DNA of 64,000 nt from Nitrosopumilus sp. (GTDB taxonomy: Archaea > Thermoproteota > Nitrososphaeria > Nitrososphaerales > Nitrosopumilaceae), in the NCBI GenBank assembly GCA_965219345.1, contig OZ244732.1, positions 1,312,001-1,376,000 on the forward strand. Reading direction: 5' to 3'. The notes below the pieces were generated by a model that saw only the letters and a list, made by a program, of their open reading frames with translations, made no database searches and was not told where the DNA came from. Positions 9,225 through 19,485 of this stretch are shown piece after piece (the first letter of the stretch is position 1; each line of letters opens with the position of its first letter). Position numbers and translations under genes: made by a program.

Positions 9225-10937
9225 ATGGAGATTGAATTGATGAATAAAATGGAAACTATGACAGGTGCAAAGGCTTTGATGACGGCTATGGAAAAAGAAG
9301 GCGTCAAACAAGTGTTTGGCATACCCGGAGGTGCAAATCTTCCGATGTATGACGAATTTGCTAGATGTGATATTAGACACATTTTGGCAAGACATGAACA
9401 ATCAGCAGCTCATATGGCTGATGGTTTTGGTAGAGTTAGCAGAAAACCAGGTGTTTGCTTTGCAACATCAGGACCCGGCGCTACTAACATATTGACTGGG
9501 CTTGCAACAGCACAAGCTGATTCTGCACCAATGATTGCAGTAACTGGCCAAGTACCAGTAGCTATGATTGGACGTGATGCATTTCAAGAAAGTGATATAA
9601 TTGGGATGTCGAATCCTGTTGTAAAATATGCATTTCAACCAAGAACAGCTGGTGAAGTTCCAGAAGCTGTAAGAAAAGGATTCTACATTGCAGAAACTGG
9701 ACGACCTGGACCTGTACTTATTGATATTCCAAAAGATGTTCAACAAAATGAAGCAGAGATGACATTTCCAGATGAATTTAAAATACAAGGTTATCATCCT
9801 TGGACTGATCCTGATGTTGTTGCATGTGAAAAAGCAATTGATATGTTACTTAATTCAGAAAAACCAATCATTTTAGCTGGTGGAGGAACTATTATCTCAT
9901 CAGCTTTTGCTGAATTACAATCTATTGCTGAAACTCTTATGCTTCCAGTAGTAACTACTTTCAAAGGAAAAGGTGCATTTCCTGAAAATCATCCTTTGTC
10001 ATTAGGTCCAATTGGAATGCATGGACATGCAGAGGCAAATAAAATGATGACAGAAGCTGATTGTGTATTAGCAATAGGCACTAGATTCTCTGATAGATCA
10101 GTTGGAACCTTTGAGGCATTTGAAAAGAGGCTCAAAATCATTCACATGGATGTGGACCCTGCAGAGATTGGCAAAAACCAAAATGCACAGATTGCAGTAG
10201 TTGGAGATGTCAAAGTATCTCTTAGAATAATGATAAAATTACTTTTGCAAAGAGCGATTAAAAAAACTGAAGAGACTACTTGGATAAAGCATGTAAAAGA
10301 AACTAAATCTTACTGGCAAGAAAACTTGAAAATTCATCCAGGTGAAATGGGTGCTGCAAAAATTTTACGTAAACTTCGAGAGTTGTTACCAAAAGAATCT
10401 ATTGTAACTACTGAAGTAGGACAACACCAAATGTGGGCATCATTATTCTATGATGTAATTCAACCTGGTACTTTCTTTAGTTCTACTGGACTTGGTACTA
10501 TGGGTTGGGGATTTCCAGCATCAATTGGTGCCAAAGTTGCAAAACCTGATGTTCCTGTAGTGGATATTGCAGGTGATGGAAGCTTTGCAATGACTGAAAA
10601 TTCCCTTGCAACTTGTATTCAAGAAGACATTCCAGTAATCGTATTTATCTTAAATAATTTTACTTTGGGAATGGTAGCTCAATGGCAAAGAACTTTCTAT
10701 GACAGAAGAATGATTGGAGTGGACCAAGCACGTATTCCTGATTATGTTAAATTAGCAGAATCATACGGAGCTCAAGGAATTAGAGCACAGTCAATGGATG
10801 AGCTTGACAAAGCAATCAAAGCTGCATTAAGTAGTGATGTTGCAACTGTAATTGACATTCCAATTGATCCTGAAGAAGACGTATTACCATTTGTAGCTCC
10901 TGGAACTTCGCTTGAGGATATGATCTTACCATCATAG
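9225..10937 (+). CDS. ilvB: Acetolactate synthase large subunit
   Basis: RHEQSAAHMADG, TSGPGATN, GDGSF...NN ThDP motif. Confidence 0.96.
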   Translation: MEIELMNKMETMTGAKALMTAMEKEGVKQVFGIPGGANLPMYDEFARCDIRHILARHEQSAAHMADGFGRVSRKPGVCFATSGPGATNILTGLATAQADSAPMIAVTGQVPVAMIGRDAFQESDIIGMSNPVVKYAFQPRTAGEVPEAVRKGFYIAETGRPGPVLIDIPKDVQQNEAEMTFPDEFKIQGYHPWTDPDVVACEKAIDMLLNSEKPIILAGGGTIISSAFAELQSIAETLMLPVVTTFKGKGAFPENHPLSLGPIGMHGHAEANKMMTEADCVLAIGTRFSDRSVGTFEAFEKRLKIIHMDVDPAEIGKNQNAQIAVVGDVKVSLRIMIKLLLQRAIKKTEETTWIKHVKETKSYWQENLKIHPGEMGAAKILRKLRELLPKESIVTTEVGQHQMWASLFYDVIQPGTFFSSTGLGTMGWGFPASIGAKVAKPDVPVVDIAGDGSFAMTENSLATCIQEDIPVIVFILNNFTLGMVAQWQRTFYDRRMIGVDQARIPDYVKLAESYGAQGIRAQSMDELDKAIKAALSSDVATVIDIPIDPEEDVLPFVAPGTSLEDMILPS

Positions 10938-10946
10938 TGATAAATC

Positions 10947-11429
10947 ATGTGGGCAATAATTTCTCTTTTAGTTGAAAACAAAACTGGAATCTTGTTTAAG
11001 ATAACTCATCTTTTCAGATCTAGGAACTTTAACATTGATAGTATCTCCGTAGGGGTAACTGAAAATCCCGATTATTCTAGAATGACTATTACTACTAATA
11101 GTGATGAAAAGCGAGTGGCACAGATTGTAAAACAACTCGAAAAAATGATTGATACTGTGGAGGTAAAGCACTTAGATGAGCACAAAACGGTATACCGTGA
11201 ACTCAGTCTTTTTATGATAAAGCTCAGCAATGCTACTGATAGTATGGAAATTAACAAGATAGCTAATGCATATGGTGGAAAGGTACATGATGTGAAAAAG
11301 GATTCACTTATGGTAGAATTGACTGCAACTCCTCATCAAATCCAAGCATTTGAGGAATTGATAAAGCCATTTGGAATTCTTGATGTGGCACGAACTGGTG
11401 TTGCTGCTTTGCAAAGGAGCGGATCATGA
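10947..11429 (+). CDS. ilvN: Acetolactate synthase small subunit
   Basis: ACT domain (RNFNIDSISVG), ARTG C-terminus, follows ilvB. Confidence 0.93.
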   Translation: MWAIISLLVENKTGILFKITHLFRSRNFNIDSISVGVTENPDYSRMTITTNSDEKRVAQIVKQLEKMIDTVEVKHLDEHKTVYRELSLFMIKLSNATDSMEINKIANAYGGKVHDVKKDSLMVELTATPHQIQAFEELIKPFGILDVARTGVAALQRSGS

Positions 11430-12940
11430 AAGTTAGAATATTTGATACAACATTAAGAGATGGAGAACAAACTCTTGGAGTTTCTTTATCGCCAGATCAA
11501 AAACTCTCAATTGCAAAAAAACTTGATGCACTAGGTGTTGATGCTATAGAAGCAGGCTTTCCAGTAATTTCAGAAGGTGAGTTAAAAGGAGTAAAAATGA
11601 TTACTGCTGAAGGATTATCTTGTGAGATTGCAGGATTGACTAGAACTATCAAAACAGACATTGATGCTGCAGTTAATGCTGGATTAAATTACATTCACAC
11701 ATTCATTGCAACATCTGATATTCACTTGGAACATAAACTCAAAATGACTAGAGACCAAGCACTTGAAAAAGCAATTGAAGCAGTAGAATACGGAAAGTCT
11801 CGTGGCCTTCAGGTTGAATTCTCAGCTGAAGATGCTACAAGAACTGATAAAGAATTTTTGAAAAAAGTATTTGGTGAAGTTGCCAAGGCAGGAGCTGATA
11901 GAGTTAACATTCCAGACACAGTTGGGTATTGTACTCCTGAATACATGGCAGAATTAACTCGTGATACAGTTGAAGCAACAAAACTTCCAGTGAGTGTTCA
12001 TTGTCATAACGACTTTGGATTAGCTGTTGCAAATGCATTATCTGGAATTCATGCAGGAGCATCATGTGCACATGTTACAATTAATGGAATTGGTGAACGT
12101 GCAGGAAATGCATCATTAGAAGAACTCTCTATGGCGTTACAATGTCTCCCTTATGATCAAAAATATGAAACTAACATCAAATCTGTATTAATTTATGAGA
12201 CTTCTCGATATGTTTCAAAAATTGCAGGCATCAAAGTTCAGCCAAACAAGGCTATAGTTGGAGATAACGCATTTGGACACGAATCAGGAATTCATACTCA
12301 TGGTGTATTGAATAATCCTCTTACTTACGAGCCAATCAGTCCTGAATTAGTTGGACGAAAGAGACGACTTCGTGTTGGAAAACATGCAGGAATTCATGGA
12401 ATGAATGCAATGCTTGCAGAATTTGGAGTCAAACCAAATGAAGAACAATCACAACAAATTCTTGAGAAAGTCAAAGTGTTAGGTGATCAAGGAAAGCAAA
12501 TTTCAGATGTGGAGTTACTATCCATTGCAAGTGATGTCTTGGGAGATAAAGGAATCAAAAGAATTGTTCAATTAACTGGTTTTTCCGTATCTACTGGAAT
12601 TGGAACAATGCCTTATGCATTTGTAAAATTAAACATTGATGGAAAAGAGTATAGCGGAACTGATCACGGTGTTGGCCCTGTTGATGCGTCACTCAATGCA
12701 ATTCAAAAGATTACCGGAAAAATTTCAGAAATACGAATAAAAGATTATGCTTTAGCATCTATCTCTGGTGGTGCTAATGCATTATGTGAGGTTACAATTA
12801 GTGTAGAGGATGGACATGGAAATAGAGTTTCAGCAAAATCAGTCGGTGAAGATATTGTAACTACAAGTGTTCAAGCAGTTATTGATGGTATTAATCGAAT
12901 TATGCTCAAAAAGATGCTAAAAGAAAAGCAGGTAAGCTAA
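11426..12940 (+). CDS. leuA: 2-isopropylmalate synthase (citramalate synthase family)
   Basis: DTTLRDGEQ, HCHND, GERAGN, HESGIH; C-terminal regulatory domain. Confidence 0.85.
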   Translation: MKVRIFDTTLRDGEQTLGVSLSPDQKLSIAKKLDALGVDAIEAGFPVISEGELKGVKMITAEGLSCEIAGLTRTIKTDIDAAVNAGLNYIHTFIATSDIHLEHKLKMTRDQALEKAIEAVEYGKSRGLQVEFSAEDATRTDKEFLKKVFGEVAKAGADRVNIPDTVGYCTPEYMAELTRDTVEATKLPVSVHCHNDFGLAVANALSGIHAGASCAHVTINGIGERAGNASLEELSMALQCLPYDQKYETNIKSVLIYETSRYVSKIAGIKVQPNKAIVGDNAFGHESGIHTHGVLNNPLTYEPISPELVGRKRRLRVGKHAGIHGMNAMLAEFGVKPNEEQSQQILEKVKVLGDQGKQISDVELLSIASDVLGDKGIKRIVQLTGFSVSTGIGTMPYAFVKLNIDGKEYSGTDHGVGPVDASLNAIQKITGKISEIRIKDYALASISGGANALCEVTISVEDGHGNRVSAKSVGEDIVTTSVQAVIDGINRIMLKKMLKEKQVS

Positions 12941-12973
12941 ATCCTAAAATTTCACTTGATGTGTTGAAGTATA

Positions 12974-13987
12974 ATGTATAAAATATCATTAATTACTGGT
13001 GATGGAATTGGTCCTGAAATATCCGAATCTGCAATTTCTGTATTGGATGCCATTAATGACAATCTTAATTTGAAATTTGATATCACTAAATTATCTGCTG
13101 GTGATAAGGCACTCAAAGACACAGGAAACGCACTTCCTGATGAGGCTATTAGTGTGATTAAACAATCTGATGCATGCTTGAAGGCTCCTGTTGGTGAAAG
13201 TGCAGCTGACGTTATTGTTGTGTTGAGAAGAATGCTTGATCTTTATGCCAATATTAGACCTGCAAAATCATATCCACACATGCCTGCATTACGTGATGAT
13301 ATTGATATGGTAATAGTTCGAGAAAATACAGAGGATCTCTACAAAGGCCAAGAGTTTAGAGTGGGTGATTCTGCAGTAGCATTACGAATAATTTCTGAAA
13401 CTGCATCAAAAAGAATTGCAAAGTATGCATTTGAAACTGCAAAGCAGAGAAATTCTAAGAGAAAAGTGACATGTGTTCATAAATCAAATGTAATGAGAGT
13501 GACAGATGGGTTATTTGCAAAAGCTTGTACTGAAGTTTCTAAGGAGTATCCTGACATTGCATTTGAGGAGATGTATGTAGATGCTTGTGCAATGAATTTA
13601 ATTCGCCAACCACAAGAATTTGATGTTGTAGTTACTACAAACTTGTTTGGTGATATTCTCTCTGATGAATCCTCTCAGGTTGTAGGGGGATTAGGAATGG
13701 CACCAGCTGCAAATATTGGTGATAATTTTGCATTGTTTGAACCAGTCCATGGAGCTGCATTTGATATTGCTGGTAGGAATATAGCAAATCCATCATCGTT
13801 CTTGTTATCTATCAAAATGATGTGCGACTGGCTTGGAGCTAAGAATAATGATTCAAAATGTATCGAGGTTGGTCAGAAATTAGAATCTACAATCTTTGAT
13901 TTAGTAAAAACAGGCGTTAAAACTAAAGATATTGGCGGTACCATGTCTACTTCAGAGTTTACTAAAGCAATTACAGATAATCTCTAA
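12974..13987 (+). CDS. leuB: 3-isopropylmalate dehydrogenase (isocitrate/isopropylmalate dehydrogenase family)
   Basis: GDGIGPEI, RENTE, NLFGDILSD, EPVHGAAFDIAG. Confidence 0.88.
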   Translation: MYKISLITGDGIGPEISESAISVLDAINDNLNLKFDITKLSAGDKALKDTGNALPDEAISVIKQSDACLKAPVGESAADVIVVLRRMLDLYANIRPAKSYPHMPALRDDIDMVIVRENTEDLYKGQEFRVGDSAVALRIISETASKRIAKYAFETAKQRNSKRKVTCVHKSNVMRVTDGLFAKACTEVSKEYPDIAFEEMYVDACAMNLIRQPQEFDVVVTTNLFGDILSDESSQVVGGLGMAPAANIGDNFALFEPVHGAAFDIAGRNIANPSSFLLSIKMMCDWLGAKNNDSKCIEVGQKLESTIFDLVKTGVKTKDIGGTMSTSEFTKAITDNL

Positions 13988-14024
13988 AACTGTTAACTAA
14001 AAGTATCCTGTCTATAATCTATCA

Positions 14025-14375
14025 ATGGAATCATTTCAGAATAATGAATTTGCAGATTTGCTACAAGCACTAGTTGAGGAAATGCTATTGAGTTCTAATC
14101 AGTTTGCAGAACAAACTACAGAGTTTCTTACTAAAATTAATACTGACAAAGAAAAATTTCATGACATTCTTGAACAAAAGAAAATGGTTATGCATGAATC
14201 TACAATTTTGAAAGGTAACCAGGATCCAACTACAGCAGGAACTGATGGTTCCTATTGTGTAGACAGACTTCTAGCATCCAATTATGTCGCTATGGGTGCA
14301 GTGGCAGTAGAGGGATTAACTCCGCCAAAACTTGAAGAACCGATTTGGCCTAGACCAAGGTTAAATCCAAAGTAA
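14025..14375 (+). pseudogene. N-terminal fragment of a NurA-like nuclease
   Basis: AGTDGS...AVAVEG resembles the first NurA acidic motif; ORF ends after 116 aa. Confidence 0.45.
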
Positions 14376-14389
14376 AGCCAATTCCTGAC

Positions 14390-14590
14390 AAAATTGACTA
14401 TTACATAGACATAGATAGAATCGATGTCTGGAAAAAGCAACCAAGCATTAGAAATATTCTATCAAAACTAAGTTTCATTAAAAACAAGGAACATTGGGGG
14501 TTGCACCTTCAGGGCGGCATCTTGAAGATGAATAAAAAAGATCATTCCACTATTATTAAAGAAGCAAAAAAAACTAAAATATCATAATTA
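14390..14590 (+). pseudogene. C-terminal remnant resembling an EVE/PUA-like domain
   Basis: Translates ...ILSKLSFIKNKEHWGLHLQGGILKMNKKDHSTII; no start. Confidence 0.4.
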
Positions 14591-14785
14591 ACCTCATAGT
14601 TTTAGATAAGTCCGATCTTGTTTTCTCAATCTAATCTTCTTTCAGGTATAATTCCAATAACTCTCTCATGGAATTCATAGATAAATTCGTCTACCTCTTC
14701 TTTATCCATAATTTTCATAATAATTTTTAGTATATAGCAAATATTATGTTCAGAATATTACACATGCTATTAACTATTTTAGAAT

Positions 14786-15403
14786 CTAACATCCATGTTT
14801 GATGGCCCAAGGATCATTCCCAAACTCACTGGAATCACAAAATTGATCAGCCAAATATCCCAAATTTGCATCAAGTAACTCTGAATTTAGATTAACTCCG
14901 TTACAATAAACCACTCCGATAACTCTACCAAAACTTCCTTTAGTCTGACTGTCGTCTTCATCAACTATAACATCGGAGCCAACAGGACAAATCGTCACAA
15001 TAAAATCCCTTGAATCTACTCCTCCAAATCCTTCTAGTTCAGGAGCTGATGCCATTGCAAATCTAACTGATGTTCCATCGACATGAATTGTATCGCCATC
15101 AACAATTTTAGTTACCGTTCCAGTGATACATCTGGCATTACCAGAACATTCTTCAGACGTTATGTTAGTTGATTCTTCTATTTCCATATCTGAACAATTA
15201 TCCATAAAATATTGATGAAATTCTAAATGCATAGCATCATCCATCAAATTATGTTCCGCAGACCCACTAAAGTCAAGCATTTCATTACAGTCCATTCCAG
15301 ACCATGGTTCTACACCAACTGACATTGAATCTGAAGAAATCGCCAATCCTGCTGCAATAACCACAATCATACCAACAATTCCAATAATTATTGTAGGTTT
15401 CAC
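14786..15403 (-). CDS. Membrane-anchored/secreted thermonuclease (SNase-like)
   Basis: N-terminal TM; VTKIVDGDTI, VRF..APE, FGRVIGVVY..G.NLNSELL. Confidence 0.85.
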   Translation of the reverse strand: MKPTIIIGIVGMIVVIAAGLAISSDSMSVGVEPWSGMDCNEMLDFSGSAEHNLMDDAMHLEFHQYFMDNCSDMEIEESTNITSEECSGNARCITGTVTKIVDGDTIHVDGTSVRFAMASAPELEGFGGVDSRDFIVTICPVGSDVIVDEDDSQTKGSFGRVIGVVYCNGVNLNSELLDANLGYLADQFCDSSEFGNDPWAIKHGC

Positions 15404-15420
15404 ATATTTTCTGAATTAAA

Positions 15421-16782
15421 CTAAGAATTAAGAATTCCTTGGTTCATTAACCAATCAATTGCACTTTTCATCTCTTCCTCAGAAATTTTACCTTCTTCAA
15501 ACCAGACAAAGATGCTTTCTATCCATTCAGGAATCACAGTATCAAAAAGCGACGTGACACGAAGAATTCTATCGTCATTGTATGATGGTGAACCACGTCC
15601 ATCTTGGTTGCTAGTTAAAACATACAATCCATCTGGCCCATTTGCTACATCTCGTAATCTACCAAATTCGCCCAAGAATAGCTTCTCAACAGAAATTACA
15701 TTATACTCTGAATCAAAGTCAATTGCAAGTAGAGTCTGTTCTCTAAGTGATGCTGCAAAGTATTTTCCATCCCATTGCGAAATTTCTCCATAATAAAATG
15801 AACTACCTGATGGTGCCCATGTATCATCACCCGAATGCAATACAGGATTAGTCATTCCATCTTTGGTCTCATCTCCAATTACATTAGGCCAGCCATAGTT
15901 TTTTCCTGCTCGAATTAGATTAATTTCATCATGAGCTGATTGACCGTGTTCTGTACCAATTAACACACCTGATTTGTCCCAGTCAATTCCTTGCGGATTA
16001 CGATGTCCATATGAATAGACTGGAGAATTAGGAAATGGGTTATCATCTGGAATTGTTCCATCAGAATTAATTCGAAGAATCTTTCCTGCAACAGAATCCA
16101 GTCTTTGCGATAGATTAGGATCACCTGTATCCCCTGTTGTAATGTATAATTTGCCATCTGGTCCGAACTTTATTCTACCTCCATCATGGTATGATGCTCC
16201 TGGAATATCATCAAGTAGAATCTTGTCTTCTGTTAGAGAATTATTTGATTCTACATATCGTACAAGTTTGTTTTTAGTTGAGAATAGTTCATTGTAAGTA
16301 TAGTAGATGTAGATGTAGTGATTGGATTCAAAGTCAGGATCCAGTGCAATTCCAAGCATTCCACCTTCTCCGTTTCCAACATTAAGGCCCAAGATTTGTT
16401 TTTGTACACCTTTATTAATTACTTGCAAGGTCCCTGTTCTTTCAGAAAAGAATATTCTGCCATCATATGCAAAATCAATACTCCATGGAATTGTAAGATT
16501 CTCAGCTATTGTTTCTACTTTTACTCCCAAGTCAGGGTAAGATTCTGCAAAAGCAAAATCTACTCCAACGTTTTTTATTGTTAATGGTACTGTATCTTTA
16601 TTTTCCCATGCATCTCTGCCTCCCGGGATTTCAGAACATAGTTTATCTCCACAAACGCGAGGATCAAGCACATTCCAACCTCCTCCTCCTCCGCCACCTC
16701 CATAACCAAAGGATTGAGGAGTCAAGACAACAGAAATGATCAAAATAGAAAATATCATAGGGAAAACAATTTTTAGTTTCAC
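15421..16782 (-). CDS. Secreted PQQ-dependent glucose/sorbosone dehydrogenase
   Basis: HDGGRIKFGPDGKLY, GHRNPQG, DEINLI..G.NYGWP, GRLRDV. Confidence 0.9.
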   Translation of the reverse strand: MKLKIVFPMIFSILIISVVLTPQSFGYGGGGGGGGWNVLDPRVCGDKLCSEIPGGRDAWENKDTVPLTIKNVGVDFAFAESYPDLGVKVETIAENLTIPWSIDFAYDGRIFFSERTGTLQVINKGVQKQILGLNVGNGEGGMLGIALDPDFESNHYIYIYYTYNELFSTKNKLVRYVESNNSLTEDKILLDDIPGASYHDGGRIKFGPDGKLYITTGDTGDPNLSQRLDSVAGKILRINSDGTIPDDNPFPNSPVYSYGHRNPQGIDWDKSGVLIGTEHGQSAHDEINLIRAGKNYGWPNVIGDETKDGMTNPVLHSGDDTWAPSGSSFYYGEISQWDGKYFAASLREQTLLAIDFDSEYNVISVEKLFLGEFGRLRDVANGPDGLYVLTSNQDGRGSPSYNDDRILRVTSLFDTVIPEWIESIFVWFEEGKISEEEMKSAIDWLMNQGILNS

Positions 16783-17060
16783 AAATTTTCTACGTTACAC
16801 TAAGAATTAAGAAGTATTACGATGCACAAAGCACTTGTTTAGAAAAAATTAGCTAATGTTATAACGAATCATTATATGCAATTTTGACGTATACAATATA
16901 ACGAGAAGCCGTTGTTCTGCGTCGTAGAATAATAGGTTTGGAAAGCACGTCATGTAAAGTCCTAGAATTCGTGTGTTTTCCGTGTTTTCTCGTTTTTTAT
17001 TGTAACAGCCAACCCCTCTCACTTAATTTTTCAACGCTTGATGGTTTGACACATGCAGGA

Positions 17061-17327
17061 TTATCTGATTTTTTGAAAACCAAATGCAACCTGTGCAATC
17101 ACATATTCACCTTTACCAATCTTTGAGGCAAATTCATTTCGTACCGACCAAGCTCGTGTAGCTGATTCAATTGGTTTTAGACTTTCTCTTTGTGTAAGAA
17201 GATTTTTTGCATTTGTTCTATGTTCGCTATACTTTACTTCACCCAACATATTACAAACAGTGGCAAATCTAATGTTAGGACTAATTTTTAGGGCCTTTTC
17301 TACCAAATTAAGATAAGGAAATCCCAT
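17061..17327 (-). pseudogene. Truncated thaumarchaeal roadblock/profilin-like (DUF6659-type) protein
   Basis: SPNIRFATVCNMLGEV resembles paralog 21834-22208; C-terminus replaced by unrelated sequence after ~17095. Confidence 0.5.
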
Positions 17328-17359
17328 AAGATGATTACATGATGCTCAAACTTAAATAA

Positions 17360-17575
17360 TTATTCACGTTCTTCCTTTAACATCACATAGGTCTTAATTT
17401 TGCCTTTGGTTTCAAGCAATTTGAAAAACTTTCTGAATTTAAGATTACATATCGAGCAATGACTATAACACAGATATTTTGTACATCTGCCTTTTTCGTC
17501 AGTTTCGTGGGAAACAAAATCATCCAGTTCTATTTTTTCATGCTTACACGCATTCATTATATCAATATAGATCAA
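17360..17575 (-). CDS. Small Cys/His-rich hypothetical protein
   Basis: CKH...CSIC, 71 aa. Confidence 0.45.
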   Translation of the reverse strand: MIYIDIMNACKHEKIELDDFVSHETDEKGRCTKYLCYSHCSICNLKFRKFFKLLETKGKIKTYVMLKEERE

Positions 17576-17599
17576 AGTGCAATATATTGTGAGCCCAAA

Positions 17600-17923
17600 A
17601 TGTTGATTAATCTAGAAAAAATTTTCCTTCAACTATTGTATGTTTGTAAAAGTAAAGATAGTGAAAATCTTGAGACATTACAAAAGCAAATTCAAGAACG
17701 AATCTATTTTCTCAACGAAGAGAATATGAACAGTTACAATGATCCCAAACTTTTAGAATATTACGAACTGTACAATCAGATTCAACAATGTCTTTTTCAG
17801 GATCACTCCAGCCAATACTTGCTTTATGCTGGAATTATTGTAAGCGTTTCTCTTTTCGTTTGCTTTCGTTGGTGGATGATAAAAAAAGGCGAGTCTAAAA
17901 AGAAGTTAAATTCCAAGGAATAG
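17600..17923 (+). CDS. Hypothetical membrane protein
   Basis: C-terminal TM helix; start uncertain. Confidence 0.45.
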   Translation: MLINLEKIFLQLLYVCKSKDSENLETLQKQIQERIYFLNEENMNSYNDPKLLEYYELYNQIQQCLFQDHSSQYLLYAGIIVSVSLFVCFRWWMIKKGESKKKLNSKE

Positions 17924-18069
17924 TCTATGGAAAAAATGATTAAACTATCATGACAGAAGGTGAAATTGTTGTCCCAATTTTGATATCTCTTGGAGTGGGA
18001 ATTTTAGTAGGAACTAGAATCTGGATGATGTTTAGAAAATAAAGAGTTGATTAAATTAGTAAATGATGT

Positions 18070-18375
18070 GTGAAATGCATGGCAGAAAAAATATCTGGAC
18101 AAGATCTAAAGGCTAGAAAAGATGAATTTGTAATAATTGATGTTCGAGAAGCTGATGAGCTAGAAAGTGGAAAGATTGAATGTTCGATTAGCATGCCACT
18201 AGGTTTGACAATTAGAAATACAAAGAAAAAGCAGATAGAAGACATGCGGGGAAAGAAAATTTGTACTTATTGTGGGACTGGTTACAGAGGAAATATTGCA
18301 GCAGACGAATTAAATAAAGAAGGATTTGATGCTGTAACTTTAGATGGTGGCTTTCCTTCTTGGAATCAATCTTAA
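18070..18375 (+). CDS. Rhodanese-like domain protein
   Basis: IIDVRE..E...G.I, YCGTGYRG, LDGGF..W. Confidence 0.88.
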   Translation: MKCMAEKISGQDLKARKDEFVIIDVREADELESGKIECSISMPLGLTIRNTKKKQIEDMRGKKICTYCGTGYRGNIAADELNKEGFDAVTLDGGFPSWNQS

Positions 18376-18417
18376 TTTTTCATTAGTCTCTTTTCTTTTT
18401 TTGATATCAGCTATTTA

Positions 18418-18603
18418 CTAAACGCCAAATGTCTGGGATTTTTTTTCGCAATTTGGACACTTTAGTCCTCTTGTTTCAAACCCACACTTTTTACAATGCA
18501 TATCAATTCCTGCTACCTCACGTGGATGAGTTTTAGATAGCTTGATAACAAGAGCTGTTACTGCTGAAATTCCTATAATAATTCCTATCAGTGCAAGAAC
18601 CAT
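18418..18603 (-). CDS. Small TM + zinc-ribbon protein
   Basis: N-terminal TM, CKKCG...CPNC; paralog at 62541-62726. Confidence 0.7.
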   Translation of the reverse strand: MVLALIGIIIGISAVTALVIKLSKTHPREVAGIDMHCKKCGFETRGLKCPNCEKKSQTFGV

Positions 18604-18653
18604 ACATAGTGTAGAGTATCATATCATAAAAATCACTACACCACAATTCAAAG

Positions 18654-19037
18654 TTAAGCTCTGCAGATTTGATTGCTAGTCTCTTCTTTTTTCACATCTG
18701 ACGCTGGTGGATTCAGTAACCAGAAGAACATGGCCAACCCTATTGGAATCATGATTAGTATAGCTGCAACTATAGAAATTGCATAAAATCCTGGATCCAA
18801 TACTGGAATTAAAGGACCAGAAAATACTGCATATATCCACAAAAATCCAACAAAAATCAAAATAATCTTATTCTTTTTTACTAATCTCTTCCATCCCAAT
18901 CTTCTTTTATGAGTATGGCATTGCTTGCAACGTGTTCTGTCATCTGTCATACAAGATGTGTAGCAATATTTTTTACAGAAGTAGCATATTCTATCGCCAA
19001 ATGTTGATCCACAAAAATCACACTTGTACACGACCAT
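18654..19037 (-). CDS. Cys-rich membrane protein
   Basis: Several CxxC motifs followed by two TM helices. Confidence 0.65.
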   Translation of the reverse strand: MVVYKCDFCGSTFGDRICYFCKKYCYTSCMTDDRTRCKQCHTHKRRLGWKRLVKKNKIILIFVGFLWIYAVFSGPLIPVLDPGFYAISIVAAILIMIPIGLAMFFWLLNPPASDVKKEETSNQICRA

Positions 19038-19245
19038 AGATCGTTATCTTAGAATTTATCTTTTTTTCAAAAATTGCCAATTTTTATTAATTGGAAATTA
19101 TGCCTTTACACCATGGCAGTATGCTGTATTTGTAAAAATGTCGAAGGTAAACTCAAAATTACCGATGGCAATCCAAAATACAAAGGAAAGCCTATTTGCA
19201 AAGAGTGTCAGGGCTATCGTAAATTACTGAAAGAAACCAAATAAC

Positions 19246-19485
19246 TTATTCTGATTTATTCTTCTCTACCCAATCTTCGTACATCTTGATCAACCCATCA
19301 ACATCTTTTCCATCTTCTGAATAAGTTACAATTACACCAAATTTTCCTTTTGTGTCATGCCCTCTTGCAAAATATCCCCAAAAAGAGTCTGGTAGTTTAA
19401 CAAAATTGTTTGAATCATGTGATACACCTATCAGATTATTCCCAATCACTTCAACCACTTTTTTTGCATCATCAGCTTCAATCAT
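19246..19485 (-). CDS. Hypothetical protein
   Basis: 79-aa ORF overlapping the aspS stop. Confidence 0.6.
   Translation of the reverse strand: MIEADDAKKVVEVIGNNLIGVSHDSNNFVKLPDSFWGYFARGHDTKGKFGVIVTYSEDGKDVDGLIKMYEDWVEKNKSE

Noticed and set aside
16860-17095. Possible MITE truncating the DUF6659-like gene
   Set aside because: A junction is visible but I could not find convincing paired TIRs or a TSD
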